A program made the translations under genes and the position numbers. The notes under the pieces are model-generated. The model made no database searches. It saw nothing but the letters and a program-made list of their open reading frames with translations, and had not been told where the DNA came from. This document shows positions 17,692 through 27,743 of a stretch of DNA of 64,000 bases, one piece after another. The stretch is from an uncultured bacterium (GTDB lineage: Bacteria > Chloroflexota > UBA5177 > JANWHV01): positions 864,001-928,000 of the forward strand of contig CAWHAE010000010.1 in assembly GCA_963827235.1 (NCBI GenBank), written 5' to 3'. Position 1 is the stretch's first letter; the number at the start of each line of letters is the position of its first letter.

Positions 17692-20616
17692 GTGAGCCGC
17701 CCGTCAGCATTCCCCACCGTGAGGGTGGCTCAAGGCCTTGGCATCGTGGCCGCCGTGGTGCTGGCATACCTGGCCCAGCATCCGAGCGATGTGGGACACG
17801 TGCCCGGCTGGGTCCAACTCCTCCCTGACGGTGCGCAGGAGTACTATCGCAGCGGCGGCGACTCGCTCCGTGTGCCCGCGTGGGTAGTCTGCTTCATGGT
17901 GGTCTCCATACTTTTGGCCGCGGTCACGCTGCCTAGCCCGGTGCGCCCGCTACGCGCTCGCGAGCCCGGTATCACCCGGAAGACGCGGCCCAGCATTATC
18001 GGTGGGCTCCTGTTGGTTGTTCCATCATGTGTAGCATTCGGTGTCTGGAGTTTTGAGCAATACGCCCGGAATGGCGACCGATTCGTCAACACGTCGTCCT
18101 CGTGGGCCGCGGTTGTGTGGCTTACCGGCACCGCGGCAGCACTGGTGTACCTGCGGAGCCGCGCCGGGCCTGGGGCAGAACAGTCCAGGCGGACCCCGCC
18201 TTTGCTGCTTTGGGTGCTCGAATCAACGGCGGTAGTGTGTCTCATCGACATAGCGGCAGGACTCCGCGTGTGGCAGCTCGGCTCTGTGCCTGAGGGCGTA
18301 TGGTTCGACGAGGCCGACTTTGCAGGCGCCGCTCAGCACCTCATGTCTATGCCGTTCCAACCGATGGGCCCGGGTATCATCGGTGAACCACCAAGCCTCT
18401 ACTTCTACGTACAAGGCGTGCTCATAGACTGGGCCGGGGCATCCATGGGAGGCGTGCGCCTGGCGTCGGCGCTGTTCGGTGTATTGGGCGTGATAGGAGT
18501 CTACGCACTCGGGCGACAGCTAGGAGGCATCCCATTCGGTGTGTGCGCGGCACTGCTGCTCGCCTTCAGCAAGTGGTCGATTGATTTCTCGCGCATGGGG
18601 TTCGCACAGATTGCCGCACCCGGGATGACGTCTGTTGCCATGGCGGTGCTATGCATGGCCATGCTGCGGCCGGCAGCGTTCTGGTGGGCCTTATCGGGAG
18701 TGCTGCTGGGTCTGGCCGTGCTTACCTACCCGGGCGCGTTCCTCGCCGCCGGGGTTGCGCCGTTAGCGGTAGTCACGCTACGGTTCGCAGTCGACAGGCG
18801 TTTCCGGGCCGACGCATGGCCCGACGTTATGCTTATCCCTATTGGACTGGTAGTGGGATGCCTGCCATTTCTGGTGGCCCTCCATCTCGATTTCAACTAC
18901 GTCATGTCGAGAGAGCAGACCGTCTCGCTATTTCACGAGTATTCACGTCTCTCAGACCAGATCTCCCACCTGATGTCCAATATCCGCCTGCACTTGCTCA
19001 TGTTCAGCGTGCAGGGCGATGCAAACGGACGGCACAACCTGCCGGGAACGCCGACGCTGGACACGACGACGGGTGTACTGTTCTTGTTAGGTCTTGGGAT
19101 CTGCGCGAGGCGACTGGGACAGTGGTTCTACCAGCTCATGCTGCTCTGGCTTGGCGCAAGCATGCTGGGCGGCATCCTCTCCATTGACTTCGAGGCGCCT
19201 CAGACCGCCCGCAGCATCGGGGCGGTTGCTCCCGTGGCGCTCATCGCTGCCATGCCTCTGGCGGTTCTCGCAAACAGCATCCGCAAACTGATCACGTCAT
19301 GGCAACTGTCGACATCGGACCTCAAGACCGTCGGCCGACTGGTCCCGGCGACACTGCCTAGTGTTGTCGCGTCGGTTGCCCTCCTCATTCCCATGTATGT
19401 CATAGCACGGGATAACTACAGTGCGTATTTTGTGCGACAACAGGCCGACGTGGCGGCATGGCAGGATATGGGTGGACTCCAGGCCATAATTGGGCGCACG
19501 GCCCTGGCCCTTCAGTCCGAGGGATACACTGTCAGGATCCCGCCTGAGCTTGTAGGTGGCTCGCAAGACGACATCGCGCTGTCGCTTGCCGCACACGGTG
19601 CGAACTTTCCCGCATATGATCAGGCTGTGCCCGTCCCGCTGCCGGTACCTGAACCCGGGCTTGCGCTCATCATTCCCAGCGACGCGAGCGATGTACTCGA
19701 TTATGTCGAGCGCTCGTATCCGACGGCCCGCACGATCCCGCTTACGCCTCGAAAAGACCCCCAGAGCGTACAGGCTACGGTCGTGATTATCACTCCCCAG
19801 GACGCGGCCGGCAATGTCGGTATTACCGTGGCTTTTGGCTCTGGAGCCGGGCGAACGGTCCAGCAGCACCTCACCCAACCGGTCTCCTGGCCGGCGTCCG
19901 CAGGACCAGACACTGCCGTCGACTTCAGAGGCACGCTGGCTCTGTCGGCGCAGCAGACCGTGTTTCCGGTCGCCTTTCGCGTTTCCGGCATGACGAGCGG
20001 TACAATGCGCATCGACGGCAGCACATGGCCCGTTTCGGGCGGGCGGTCGACTCCGCTGCTGTTGCTCGGCGCTGGGAACCACTCGCTCGAGGTCAGCGGG
20101 CGCGGGAAAGAAGCAGCCCAGCTGGCGGTCGAGTGGCAGCGCGGCATGGCGGAATGGCAGGCAATACCCGATCAGAATCTTCAATCCCCCGATCTGCCGA
20201 CAGGGGGCCTGCTGGGAGTCTACTTCGCCAGCGACGACCTGACCGGGCAAGCCTCGTTCATGCGGGTAGATCAGTATGTCAACACCTACTATCAGACGCC
20301 TCCTTCGGACCTGAGCTTCCCGTTTTCGGTGCGCTGGCTCGGCACTGTGGAGGCGAAGTCGAGCGGCGCCTACGGATTCTCGCTCGATAGCACCGGGCCG
20401 GCAATCCTTCTCGTGGACGGTTCGCCCGTCGTGGACGACGGCTCCGCAGGCGGTACGGGGACCGGCACCGTATCGCTCGCAGCGGGCGTACACGCAATAC
20501 GGATCGAATACCGCGCCACCGGCGGATATCTTCACTGCTATTTCAAGTGGCGGCCGCCAGGCCAATCGGGGTTCGAGCCCGTTCCGCCGTCAGTTACTCT
20601 GCCGGCCCACCAGTAG
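17692..20616 (+). CDS. Polytopic GT-C (GT39/ArnT/PMT-like) glycosyltransferase with C-terminal PA14 domain
   Basis: LRVWQLGSVPEGVWFDEA motif, many TM helices, RLASAL; C-terminal FSVRWLG..SSGAYGF..GVHAIRIEY PA14-like region. Confidence 0.8.
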   Translation: MSRPSAFPTVRVAQGLGIVAAVVLAYLAQHPSDVGHVPGWVQLLPDGAQEYYRSGGDSLRVPAWVVCFMVVSILLAAVTLPSPVRPLRAREPGITRKTRPSIIGGLLLVVPSCVAFGVWSFEQYARNGDRFVNTSSSWAAVVWLTGTAAALVYLRSRAGPGAEQSRRTPPLLLWVLESTAVVCLIDIAAGLRVWQLGSVPEGVWFDEADFAGAAQHLMSMPFQPMGPGIIGEPPSLYFYVQGVLIDWAGASMGGVRLASALFGVLGVIGVYALGRQLGGIPFGVCAALLLAFSKWSIDFSRMGFAQIAAPGMTSVAMAVLCMAMLRPAAFWWALSGVLLGLAVLTYPGAFLAAGVAPLAVVTLRFAVDRRFRADAWPDVMLIPIGLVVGCLPFLVALHLDFNYVMSREQTVSLFHEYSRLSDQISHLMSNIRLHLLMFSVQGDANGRHNLPGTPTLDTTTGVLFLLGLGICARRLGQWFYQLMLLWLGASMLGGILSIDFEAPQTARSIGAVAPVALIAAMPLAVLANSIRKLITSWQLSTSDLKTVGRLVPATLPSVVASVALLIPMYVIARDNYSAYFVRQQADVAAWQDMGGLQAIIGRTALALQSEGYTVRIPPELVGGSQDDIALSLAAHGANFPAYDQAVPVPLPVPEPGLALIIPSDASDVLDYVERSYPTARTIPLTPRKDPQSVQATVVIITPQDAAGNVGITVAFGSGAGRTVQQHLTQPVSWPASAGPDTAVDFRGTLALSAQQTVFPVAFRVSGMTSGTMRIDGSTWPVSGGRSTPLLLLGAGNHSLEVSGRGKEAAQLAVEWQRGMAEWQAIPDQNLQSPDLPTGGLLGVYFASDDLTGQASFMRVDQYVNTYYQTPPSDLSFPFSVRWLGTVEAKSSGAYGFSLDSTGPAILLVDGSPVVDDGSAGGTGTGTVSLAAGVHAIRIEYRATGGYLHCYFKWRPPGQSGFEPVPPSVTLPAHQ

Positions 20617-21490
20617 CCGACTGCAGGCCGGCCACGTATACGACGTTCGCCAGCAACACAGCGGTAGTGACGGGACCCACGCCGCCGGGGACGGGCGTAA
20701 TGGCAGAGACACGATCGAGCACCGCTTCTGTATCCACATCGCCGCAGATTCCATTGCCGGACGGGTCCGCGTTGATGCCGACGTCGACGACCAGAGCGCC
20801 CTCGCCGATGTAGTCTGGTCCAACGGCGCGGGGCCTCCCGATTGCCACCACGAGGATCTCTGCTCGCCTGGCCTCGAGCGGCAAATCGACGGTAGCGGAC
20901 GAGCATACGGTCACCGTCGCATGCCGATTCAGCAGAAGCTGTGAGAGCGGACGCCCAACCGTGGCACTTCTGTTGATCACGACGGCACGTTTGCCCTTCA
21001 GCGAGGTGATCCGGCTCTCGATCAACGCCATGATGGCGCCCGGCGTGCACGGCGTCACGGCAGGCTGAGCAAATAGCAGCTTGCCAAGGTTCTCGGGGCT
21101 CAATCCTTCCACGTCCTTGTCGAGAGCGAGTGCTCCGCCGATTGCCTGCCGGAACGCGGCCGACAACGGATTCTGCACCAGGATTGCATGCACCGACGGG
21201 TCGATGTTGAGCTGTGCCAGCCTGGCAAGAAGATCCTCTCGTGATGCGTCTGCCCGGAGGCCGACATCAGACACCGAAACGCCGACGCGCTTTGCTTGCC
21301 TTGAGATGATCCGCCTGTAGCTTGCCGCGTCGTCGTGCTCGCCGACGTGGACTACCGCCAGGCATGGCACAACGCCTGCTCGGTCCAGGGGCGCTCGATC
21401 AGCGATCGTGCGGCGCTCGATGTCCGCCGCGACGTCCTTGCCGTATATGAGCTTGCTCTCTGCGTGTTCCTGCTGCTGCACGTCGTTCAT
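20594..21490 (-). CDS. folD: Methylenetetrahydrofolate dehydrogenase/cyclohydrolase
   Basis: KDVEG, PCTP, NRSATVGRP, DVGIN, GDVD, ITPVPGGVGPVT. Confidence 0.93.
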   Translation of the reverse strand: MNDVQQQEHAESKLIYGKDVAADIERRTIADRAPLDRAGVVPCLAVVHVGEHDDAASYRRIISRQAKRVGVSVSDVGLRADASREDLLARLAQLNIDPSVHAILVQNPLSAAFRQAIGGALALDKDVEGLSPENLGKLLFAQPAVTPCTPGAIMALIESRITSLKGKRAVVINRSATVGRPLSQLLLNRHATVTVCSSATVDLPLEARRAEILVVAIGRPRAVGPDYIGEGALVVDVGINADPSGNGICGDVDTEAVLDRVSAITPVPGGVGPVTTAVLLANVVYVAGLQSATGGPAE

Positions 21491-21756
21491 CGACCTTCGC
21501 TGTGTCATACGGGCATGCCGCAAGCACGGCAGCCGACTCGATCCAGGGGGAAGCATACACGAAATCGCGAGCCACCCTCGACAGCCGGCTGCGCGATTGC
21601 CGGCCGGTGCTGTCGGGACACAGCCGGCGCCCTCCGAGTCGTCGGAAGCGGCGCACTTATGATAGGCCAGATGGTGGCGCGCGACGCGGACGCCTTTGCA
21701 CATCGGTTCGAATCACGCTACTGTCGTATGGGACTTAGTGCGAATCCGGGGGAAGG

Positions 21757-22158
21757 ATGAACGACGCAGCCGCCGTCTTGGTCGTGGAGGATGACGCCTC
21801 GGTGCGCGAGGTGCTTGACATGGTTTTCGCTCAGGAACCCGGTATCTACTACACCATTGCCGCCGGTGGCGCCAACGGCGTGGCCAAGCTCGAGGACGGG
21901 CCGCCAGACGTCCTGTTGACGGACATCATCATGCCCAGGGTGAGCGGTGTAGAGCTCATACAGTTTGCACGCCAGCACTACCCGGGCATCCCGGTGATCG
22001 CCTTCAGTGCTAAACAGGTGGGCGAGACGAACGACCTGCATCAGATCGTGGGCGGAGAGCTCGTATGCTTCGTTCCAAAGCCTCTCGACCTCACGGCGTT
22101 GCTGGACCTCGTGCGCACGCTTGCAGCCGACCGCACGTGGCGGAAGCAGGCGACGTGA
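21757..22158 (+). CDS. Single-domain response regulator
   Basis: VLVVEDD, LTDIIMP, FSA, KP. Confidence 0.88.
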   Translation: MNDAAAVLVVEDDASVREVLDMVFAQEPGIYYTIAAGGANGVAKLEDGPPDVLLTDIIMPRVSGVELIQFARQHYPGIPVIAFSAKQVGETNDLHQIVGGELVCFVPKPLDLTALLDLVRTLAADRTWRKQAT

Positions 22159-22162
22159 CATC

Positions 22163-22633
22163 ATGCGATCTCACCACGTCGTGCTGCTCGCGCTGGCCGC
22201 GCCGATTCTTGGTGTGGGCATCGTGCTGTGGTTCTTGCTGCCGGGTAGTGTGTCGGGACTGACGTACACGCCGGCGCAGTTCGATAAGGACGCCATCCTG
22301 CGGCCGGCGTACTGGACTCAGCATGACGTGACGATCAGCGGCTTCGTGCGCAAGGCACCCTGCACACGCAAGTCCTGCACCGTGGAGCTGATCCTGGGCA
22401 ACACGCCCGCGCGTTCCGGCAATGGCGCGGACGTGCCGGACCCGGGGAAAGACGTGCTGCTCGAGCCGCAGGGCGAGTCAGGATGGCATCACTTCTTGCG
22501 AAAGCTGGTGCCCGGACTGGTGTCCTCCCCAGTGGGACCTGGAGACTTCGGGCACCACGTCACGGTCACCGGTCGGCTGGCCTCAGGCTACTTACCTGGG
22601 CGCGTGCCCATTATCCTGCCGAACGCGCTCTAG
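22163..22633 (+). CDS. Hypothetical exported/membrane-anchored protein
   Basis: N-terminal TM/signal, VTISG..VTVTGRL beta strands, CxxxxC; follows response regulator. Confidence 0.6.
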   Translation: MRSHHVVLLALAAPILGVGIVLWFLLPGSVSGLTYTPAQFDKDAILRPAYWTQHDVTISGFVRKAPCTRKSCTVELILGNTPARSGNGADVPDPGKDVLLEPQGESGWHHFLRKLVPGLVSSPVGPGDFGHHVTVTGRLASGYLPGRVPIILPNAL

Positions 22634-22886
22634 TACTCTAGTAGCCTCTCTCCGCCAGCGGCAGCGCACTCACGACCGTATTTGTGCCACCACAGTGTTG
22701 GCAGACTACCGGGATACAAACAACAAGGACGGCAATCATCTGCGCGACTGCCGTCCTGTATGGAAGGACCACGGCGATGGTAGGTTGGAGAGCGGTGATA
22801 CAAATCATGTCGGGACTGGTACCGTGCAAAGGGCATTCCGTGGTCCTTGAATCCATGGTAGCATCCGAACGTGACTACCAGATGAA

Positions 22887-24473
22887 GTGCGCGACCGCCT
22901 CAGTAAAGCGGCGGTCGACGCTCCGGCTGGTCCAGCACAGACGTACGTCACGCTCTTCCGCCGAGACCGTGTGCGGTTGAGTCTTCTCTCTCCGGTGGTT
23001 GGTGAGCGATCGGATATCACACTTCGCTCCGGCGTGTTGGTATGCTCTACTTTATGGGCGCGGCCACACGCACGTGGAACCGGCTCTGCTGCCGTCCAGC
23101 CTATTCAGGATGGAGTATGGCGCTTGCCAGCCCCTGAGCTCATCACATTGCGACTCAGTGCCGACGCGATGAAGCTGGAGGTCTCGTTCACGAGACAGGC
23201 TCTGCATGTGGCGCGAACTGAGCTCGTTCACGCTCTCATCGCTCAGTGCCAGCTACTGAAGCTGGAATTCAGCCCTACGCGCCAGTATCTCGATCTTCTG
23301 CTGGCAAAGTTCACTCCATTCACCTGGATCACGCTGCTCAAGGGCACCGAACCGACCGCTCCGGTCGACGGAAGAGTCGAAGTGGTGGTGCCAGTGCAGG
23401 TTGCGGGTGCGCGCGCAAGCACTCATCCCAGGAAGTGTGTCGTTCGCGCCGGCGCCATTCTGGCGCGGCGCCAGCCGGGGATCTCCGGCAGGCCCGGGAC
23501 TGATTTGCTGGGACGGGAGGTGCCGGCTCGAGCGCCACTGGAGCCGAAGCTGCCTCAAAGCATCAATACGGAGATAAGCGAAGACGGTATGGAGCTGCTC
23601 TCCGTGTGCGACGGCGAGGCGGTGCTGCGCAACCTCGCGATCGAGGTGATCCCGTTGCTGCTGCACGAGGGCGACGTGCCGGCGGGCACAACGTTCATCT
23701 CAGAAGTGCTTCCGGTCTACATCAGGGGAACAGTCCTCGAAGGCGCATTCGTGCAGGCCGAGGGCGACGTATTCATCGACGGCGACGTCGTGGAGGCTCA
23801 AGTGCTCAGTACGGCGTCGACCGTCACAGTCGCAGGATCGATTGGCGGCACAAGACAGCGCACGAGTACGATCCGCGCAGCACGCGACGTTACCTTCGAG
23901 CAGGCCCGGCTTGCGCACGTGCATGCCGGCACCGACATTCACGTGTTGGGCTGCGCCTGGCAGTGCAGCCTCCAGGGCCATGGCAACATCTACTTGCGTG
24001 ACACCGTCGAAGAGGCTCTTCAGGACGTACTCATCGAGATCGCCGGAGGAGTGTTCCCGGTATTCGATCGCGCCGCCTCGCAGGTCGAGGGGGCACGGGA
24101 GCGCCAGTACGTGAGGCTCGGCTGCCACATCCCAGCCGAAATCGCAGTGCATACCGGTCCTCCGCTGAGCTTTCGCCGGTGCACGGTCGTAGATCTCAGC
24201 GCCGGCGGCGCGAAGTGCGTGTATGCAGACCCGCGGAGACAGCCTTCAGCCGGCTCGTTCGTCCAGCTGAAGGCAGTCCTGCCCGGCACGCGCGGCCAGT
24301 TCATCGTGCTGGCACGCGTCGTGCGCCTAGTCGCTCCCGGTGTCCTGGGACTGAGCTTTCTCCAGATGACACACCGCGACCACGGCCGCTTGACCACATA
24401 CTGCCAGCAAGAAGTGCTCAAGCGGTCCACTGTTGTGCTCACGTCGCCGGAGCAGCGCGGGCGGGTACTGTAG
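22887..24473 (+). CDS. FapA (DUF342)-like protein fused to C-terminal PilZ domain, copy 1 (true start may be TTG 23124)
   Basis: GTEPTAPVDG, PGISGRPGTDLLG, NTEISEDG, CDGE, IRGTV..GAFVQAEGDVFIDG; PilZ RQYVR..DLSAGG. Confidence 0.75.
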   Translation: MRDRLSKAAVDAPAGPAQTYVTLFRRDRVRLSLLSPVVGERSDITLRSGVLVCSTLWARPHARGTGSAAVQPIQDGVWRLPAPELITLRLSADAMKLEVSFTRQALHVARTELVHALIAQCQLLKLEFSPTRQYLDLLLAKFTPFTWITLLKGTEPTAPVDGRVEVVVPVQVAGARASTHPRKCVVRAGAILARRQPGISGRPGTDLLGREVPARAPLEPKLPQSINTEISEDGMELLSVCDGEAVLRNLAIEVIPLLLHEGDVPAGTTFISEVLPVYIRGTVLEGAFVQAEGDVFIDGDVVEAQVLSTASTVTVAGSIGGTRQRTSTIRAARDVTFEQARLAHVHAGTDIHVLGCAWQCSLQGHGNIYLRDTVEEALQDVLIEIAGGVFPVFDRAASQVEGARERQYVRLGCHIPAEIAVHTGPPLSFRRCTVVDLSAGGAKCVYADPRRQPSAGSFVQLKAVLPGTRGQFIVLARVVRLVAPGVLGLSFLQMTHRDHGRLTTYCQQEVLKRSTVVLTSPEQRGRVL

Positions 24474-24508
24474 GCTTGTACTAGATCCTCGCCCGGTATC
24501 CGGCGACG

Positions 24509-24536
24509 CTAAAGATCGGGCCTCACCTGCCGATTA
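24509..24536 (+). promoter_or_regulatory. sigma28-type promoter upstream of fapA-pilZ copy 2
   Basis: CTAAAG-N14-GCCGATTA. Confidence 0.75.
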
Positions 24537-24644
24537 CTACAACAGAACGATTCGTGCCCGTCGCGCCATGCGGTCCGTTGCAGTGCTCAGGCGCGGCGGG
24601 CCGGGCTTCACCGGCCAACGGATCACCGCCTGCAGGGAGCCCCG

Positions 24645-26072
24645 ATGAACAGGCTATACGGACTGGACCTTCTGGCTTCTCATGATTGCGTGGCGGCGCG
24701 CTTGAGCGCGGACGCCATGCGCCTTGAGGTGCGCTTCACGTCCGAGGCAGCGTCGATGGCGCCGGACGTGCTCTACGGTCTCGTCTTGCAGCGGATGGCC
24801 GCCCTCGCGGTGCGGTCCAGGCTCAGCCGAAGCGCCGTGACTGGCCTCCTAGACAAGGGTGGTACGGATAAGTGGCTGACACTGCTCGAGGCCTCCGCGC
24901 CCAGCGCACCAGTCGACGGTAGGCTGGAGCTCCTGGTGCCCGTATCGACCCCATCGGCTCGCGGCACGCTTCCCGGCAATCGGCATGCAGTGATCGCCGG
25001 CACGGTGCTCGCCAGGACAGTCCGCGGCGTCCCCGCTTCTCCGGGCCTTGACCTGTGTGAGCGGACTGTGCCTCCGAGAGCTCCACACGAGGTCCGCCTC
25101 CCCCAGGGCCAAAACACTGAGATCGGTGCGGACCGCACCCAGCTTCTTGCCACCTGTGACGGCGAAGTGCGACTGCGGAACCTGCAGATCGAAGTCGTGC
25201 CGGGCCACGTCCACGGTGGCGACGTGCCGACCCGCGCGACGGTGACCGAGCGCAGCCTCCCTCTCTTCATCACCGGATCGGTGCTGCCCGGTGCCGAGGT
25301 GCACTGCGACGGCGACGTGTGGGTACAGGGCAGTGTCCTGGAAGCGCGAGTGATCAGCGCCGGTGGTTCGATTACCGTGATCGGCGACGTCGCGGGCTCA
25401 GCTGCCAGCCCGTGCCGGCTTCAAGCGAGCGGAAGCGTGACCTGCGGACCGGCGCAACACTCTATCATATCTGCGGAGACCGACATACGCGTGTTGGCTC
25501 GCGCGTGGCAGTGCACGATGCACGCCGGGGGTAACGTCTTCCTGTCTCGAACCATGGCCGAGAGCCTCGCCGACGTCGATCTGCACGTGGAAGGTGGCGT
25601 ACTGCCTATCCTCGAGCCGGAAACGCGACTGACCGCTGTGCGACCAGAGCGGAAGCACGCCCGTGTCGGCAGCCGCATTCGGGCTTCCATTGCCCTGCAC
25701 AGCATCACCGACCTGCAGTTCCGCCCCTGCACGGTGCTAGACCTCAGCACAGGCGGCGCCCGCTGTGCCGTGCACGGCAAGGAGCCCGATCCCAGCCCTG
25801 GCGCGGTCGTTCACATGAAACTACCCTTGCCTGATTACCGGGGCTGCACTTATCTTATCGCCAGAGTGTCGCGCAATATCGGTCAGGGAGTGGTCGGCGT
25901 CACGTTTCTGCAGATGACCGAGCGAGATCGCGATCGGCTCACGGACTACTGCCTTCAGCTCGTGTTGAAGCGGCCGCATCAGCTTTTGGCAAGCAAACGC
26001 CTTCGCGGCAAAGGGGTGCCCGGAAGCCCGAGCGCCTCCGTCGAGACTGCCGTTGGGAAGTTTCTCCCCTGA
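24645..26072 (+). CDS. FapA (DUF342)-like protein fused to C-terminal PilZ domain, copy 2
   Basis: Collinear paralog of preceding gene (RLSADAM, APVDGR, NTEI, CDGE, AWQC); PilZ RKHAR..DLSTGG. Confidence 0.75.
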   Translation: MNRLYGLDLLASHDCVAARLSADAMRLEVRFTSEAASMAPDVLYGLVLQRMAALAVRSRLSRSAVTGLLDKGGTDKWLTLLEASAPSAPVDGRLELLVPVSTPSARGTLPGNRHAVIAGTVLARTVRGVPASPGLDLCERTVPPRAPHEVRLPQGQNTEIGADRTQLLATCDGEVRLRNLQIEVVPGHVHGGDVPTRATVTERSLPLFITGSVLPGAEVHCDGDVWVQGSVLEARVISAGGSITVIGDVAGSAASPCRLQASGSVTCGPAQHSIISAETDIRVLARAWQCTMHAGGNVFLSRTMAESLADVDLHVEGGVLPILEPETRLTAVRPERKHARVGSRIRASIALHSITDLQFRPCTVLDLSTGGARCAVHGKEPDPSPGAVVHMKLPLPDYRGCTYLIARVSRNIGQGVVGVTFLQMTERDRDRLTDYCLQLVLKRPHQLLASKRLRGKGVPGSPSASVETAVGKFLP

Positions 26073-26362
26073 CAGCAGTTGCGCTTCATTCACCGTTGTA
26101 AAACGTGCAAACTGGTGTAGTCCCAACGGAGCGCACGTAGCAACCGGACCAAGCACTCTCACCTTTTATCGCCAATCAGATGTGTGTATCATGGTGGAAG
26201 AGAGCATCTCGTACCATGGCAGCAGCTTTGCTTGCGTACCGCTCGCGGCTCCGACAACGTTTGACCCCACGGTGCCTGGCCGGGGAGCGATAGAGGTTCG
26301 GGCTAGCAATCTGGACGGTAATCTGGGTCGAAGACGATAACCAGTGAGATTGGATTGCGAGT

Positions 26363-27556
26363 ATGGACAATCGATACCTGACCTCGGGAAAGGTTGCGCG
26401 ACTAGTAGGCGTGTCTAAGGGTACGGTGTTGCGAGCAGTGCAGCGCGGCGATTTGGTCCCGGCGCTCAAGATGCCGGGCGGATCTCTCCGGTTTGTGCCA
26501 ACGGCCGTCGATGCGTATGCGCGGACGTTGGGCATTGAGCTACCTCCGGGGGCAGCGCGTACCTCCCACCAACCAAGTCCCAGGCGCGGGCGCTACGCGG
26601 CGAGACGAACGGCTGGCGGCGCCGAGCCGGTCTATACATGGCGTACGTTCAATGAGGCGCAACCGCACGCGGCATTCCAGGCGGGAGTAGAACGCCTGGC
26701 GAGCATGGACACGAGCACGGAGAGTGTCGACACGCTGGTAGGTAACGTCCTCGCCCTGCTGGCCGGTAGTCTTCGCGCCGGTGCAACCGGAATATCCCGC
26801 GAGATGGCTGGACAGTGGCACATCGATCACCTGCACGATCGCATGGGAATGGGCATGATTGAGGGCGCCGGGGATGAGTTCAGCCCCGCGTTCGGCACCG
26901 CCGTTGCGCCGGTAGGGCTCGATACCCTGATCGTAGAAGACGTCCGGCAGGACGCCCGATTCCCCAACCTGGCCAGCGCGCCGACCGGCATTATCGCCTT
27001 CGTGGCGGTGCAGCTCGTCGATCTGAATGGCCGGCTGGTGGGAACACTGTTTGCCGCGTATCCGCATGTGCGTACCGTAAGCAGCGACGAGATCAATCTG
27101 TTGCGCCTGTCAGGCACCATTCTCGTGCAGTTCTGGGAGCTGTCCGCCGCACGCGAGACTCGTGGCGATGCACTGCAGTCGCTGGCGAACGCCAAGGATC
27201 GTGCGCACAGCATCGCCGCGACGAGCGATCACGCGGTCTGGCAGGTAGCTGCCGGCGGGACGACCGTGACCGTCAATGAACGCATGGCCGACCTGCTCGG
27301 CTATACCGTTGAGGAGTTGACGGCAACGACGCTGCTCGACCACCTGGACGAAGACGAGCGAGCGCGAGCCACGCAAGAGCTCGAGGCCGTTCGCCACGGC
27401 TTGAACGTTCGATTTGATGCCTGCCTGAAGCGCAAGGACGGTGCCCCGCTCATGTCGAGCATCGCGGTCACACCGCTCTTCGTTTCGCAGGGGGAGTACG
27501 CCGGCTCGCTGATGCTCATTTCGCCCAGCTCGGCGCACGACATTCCCATGGAGTGA
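26363..27556 (+). CDS. Excisionase/MerR-type HTH + GAF + PAS protein
   Basis: YLTSGKVARLVGVSKGTVLR..PGGSLRF; GAF VEDVRQDARF..GTL; PAS VNERMADLLGYT..RKDG. Confidence 0.75.
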   Translation: MDNRYLTSGKVARLVGVSKGTVLRAVQRGDLVPALKMPGGSLRFVPTAVDAYARTLGIELPPGAARTSHQPSPRRGRYAARRTAGGAEPVYTWRTFNEAQPHAAFQAGVERLASMDTSTESVDTLVGNVLALLAGSLRAGATGISREMAGQWHIDHLHDRMGMGMIEGAGDEFSPAFGTAVAPVGLDTLIVEDVRQDARFPNLASAPTGIIAFVAVQLVDLNGRLVGTLFAAYPHVRTVSSDEINLLRLSGTILVQFWELSAARETRGDALQSLANAKDRAHSIAATSDHAVWQVAAGGTTVTVNERMADLLGYTVEELTATTLLDHLDEDERARATQELEAVRHGLNVRFDACLKRKDGAPLMSSIAVTPLFVSQGEYAGSLMLISPSSAHDIPME

Positions 27557-27743
27557 TCGCGGTTCCAGCACGCCAAGAGCAGGAGCTCGTTGGAGCATCG
27601 GCGGCAGGCCGCCATGCCGCCGATGCTCCATGCCAACCACGTGGTTTACCACAATGCCTCATTGGGGTCGGGGCCGCAATGTGCGAAACTGAGATGAGCG
27701 TACGCATCGAACGTGTTAGCACATTGAAGGTCAGAACCAACTG

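Noticed and set aside
22634-22886. Short ORFs in the lower-GC spacer before fapA-pilZ1
   Set aside because: No SD or motif support; treated as intergenic
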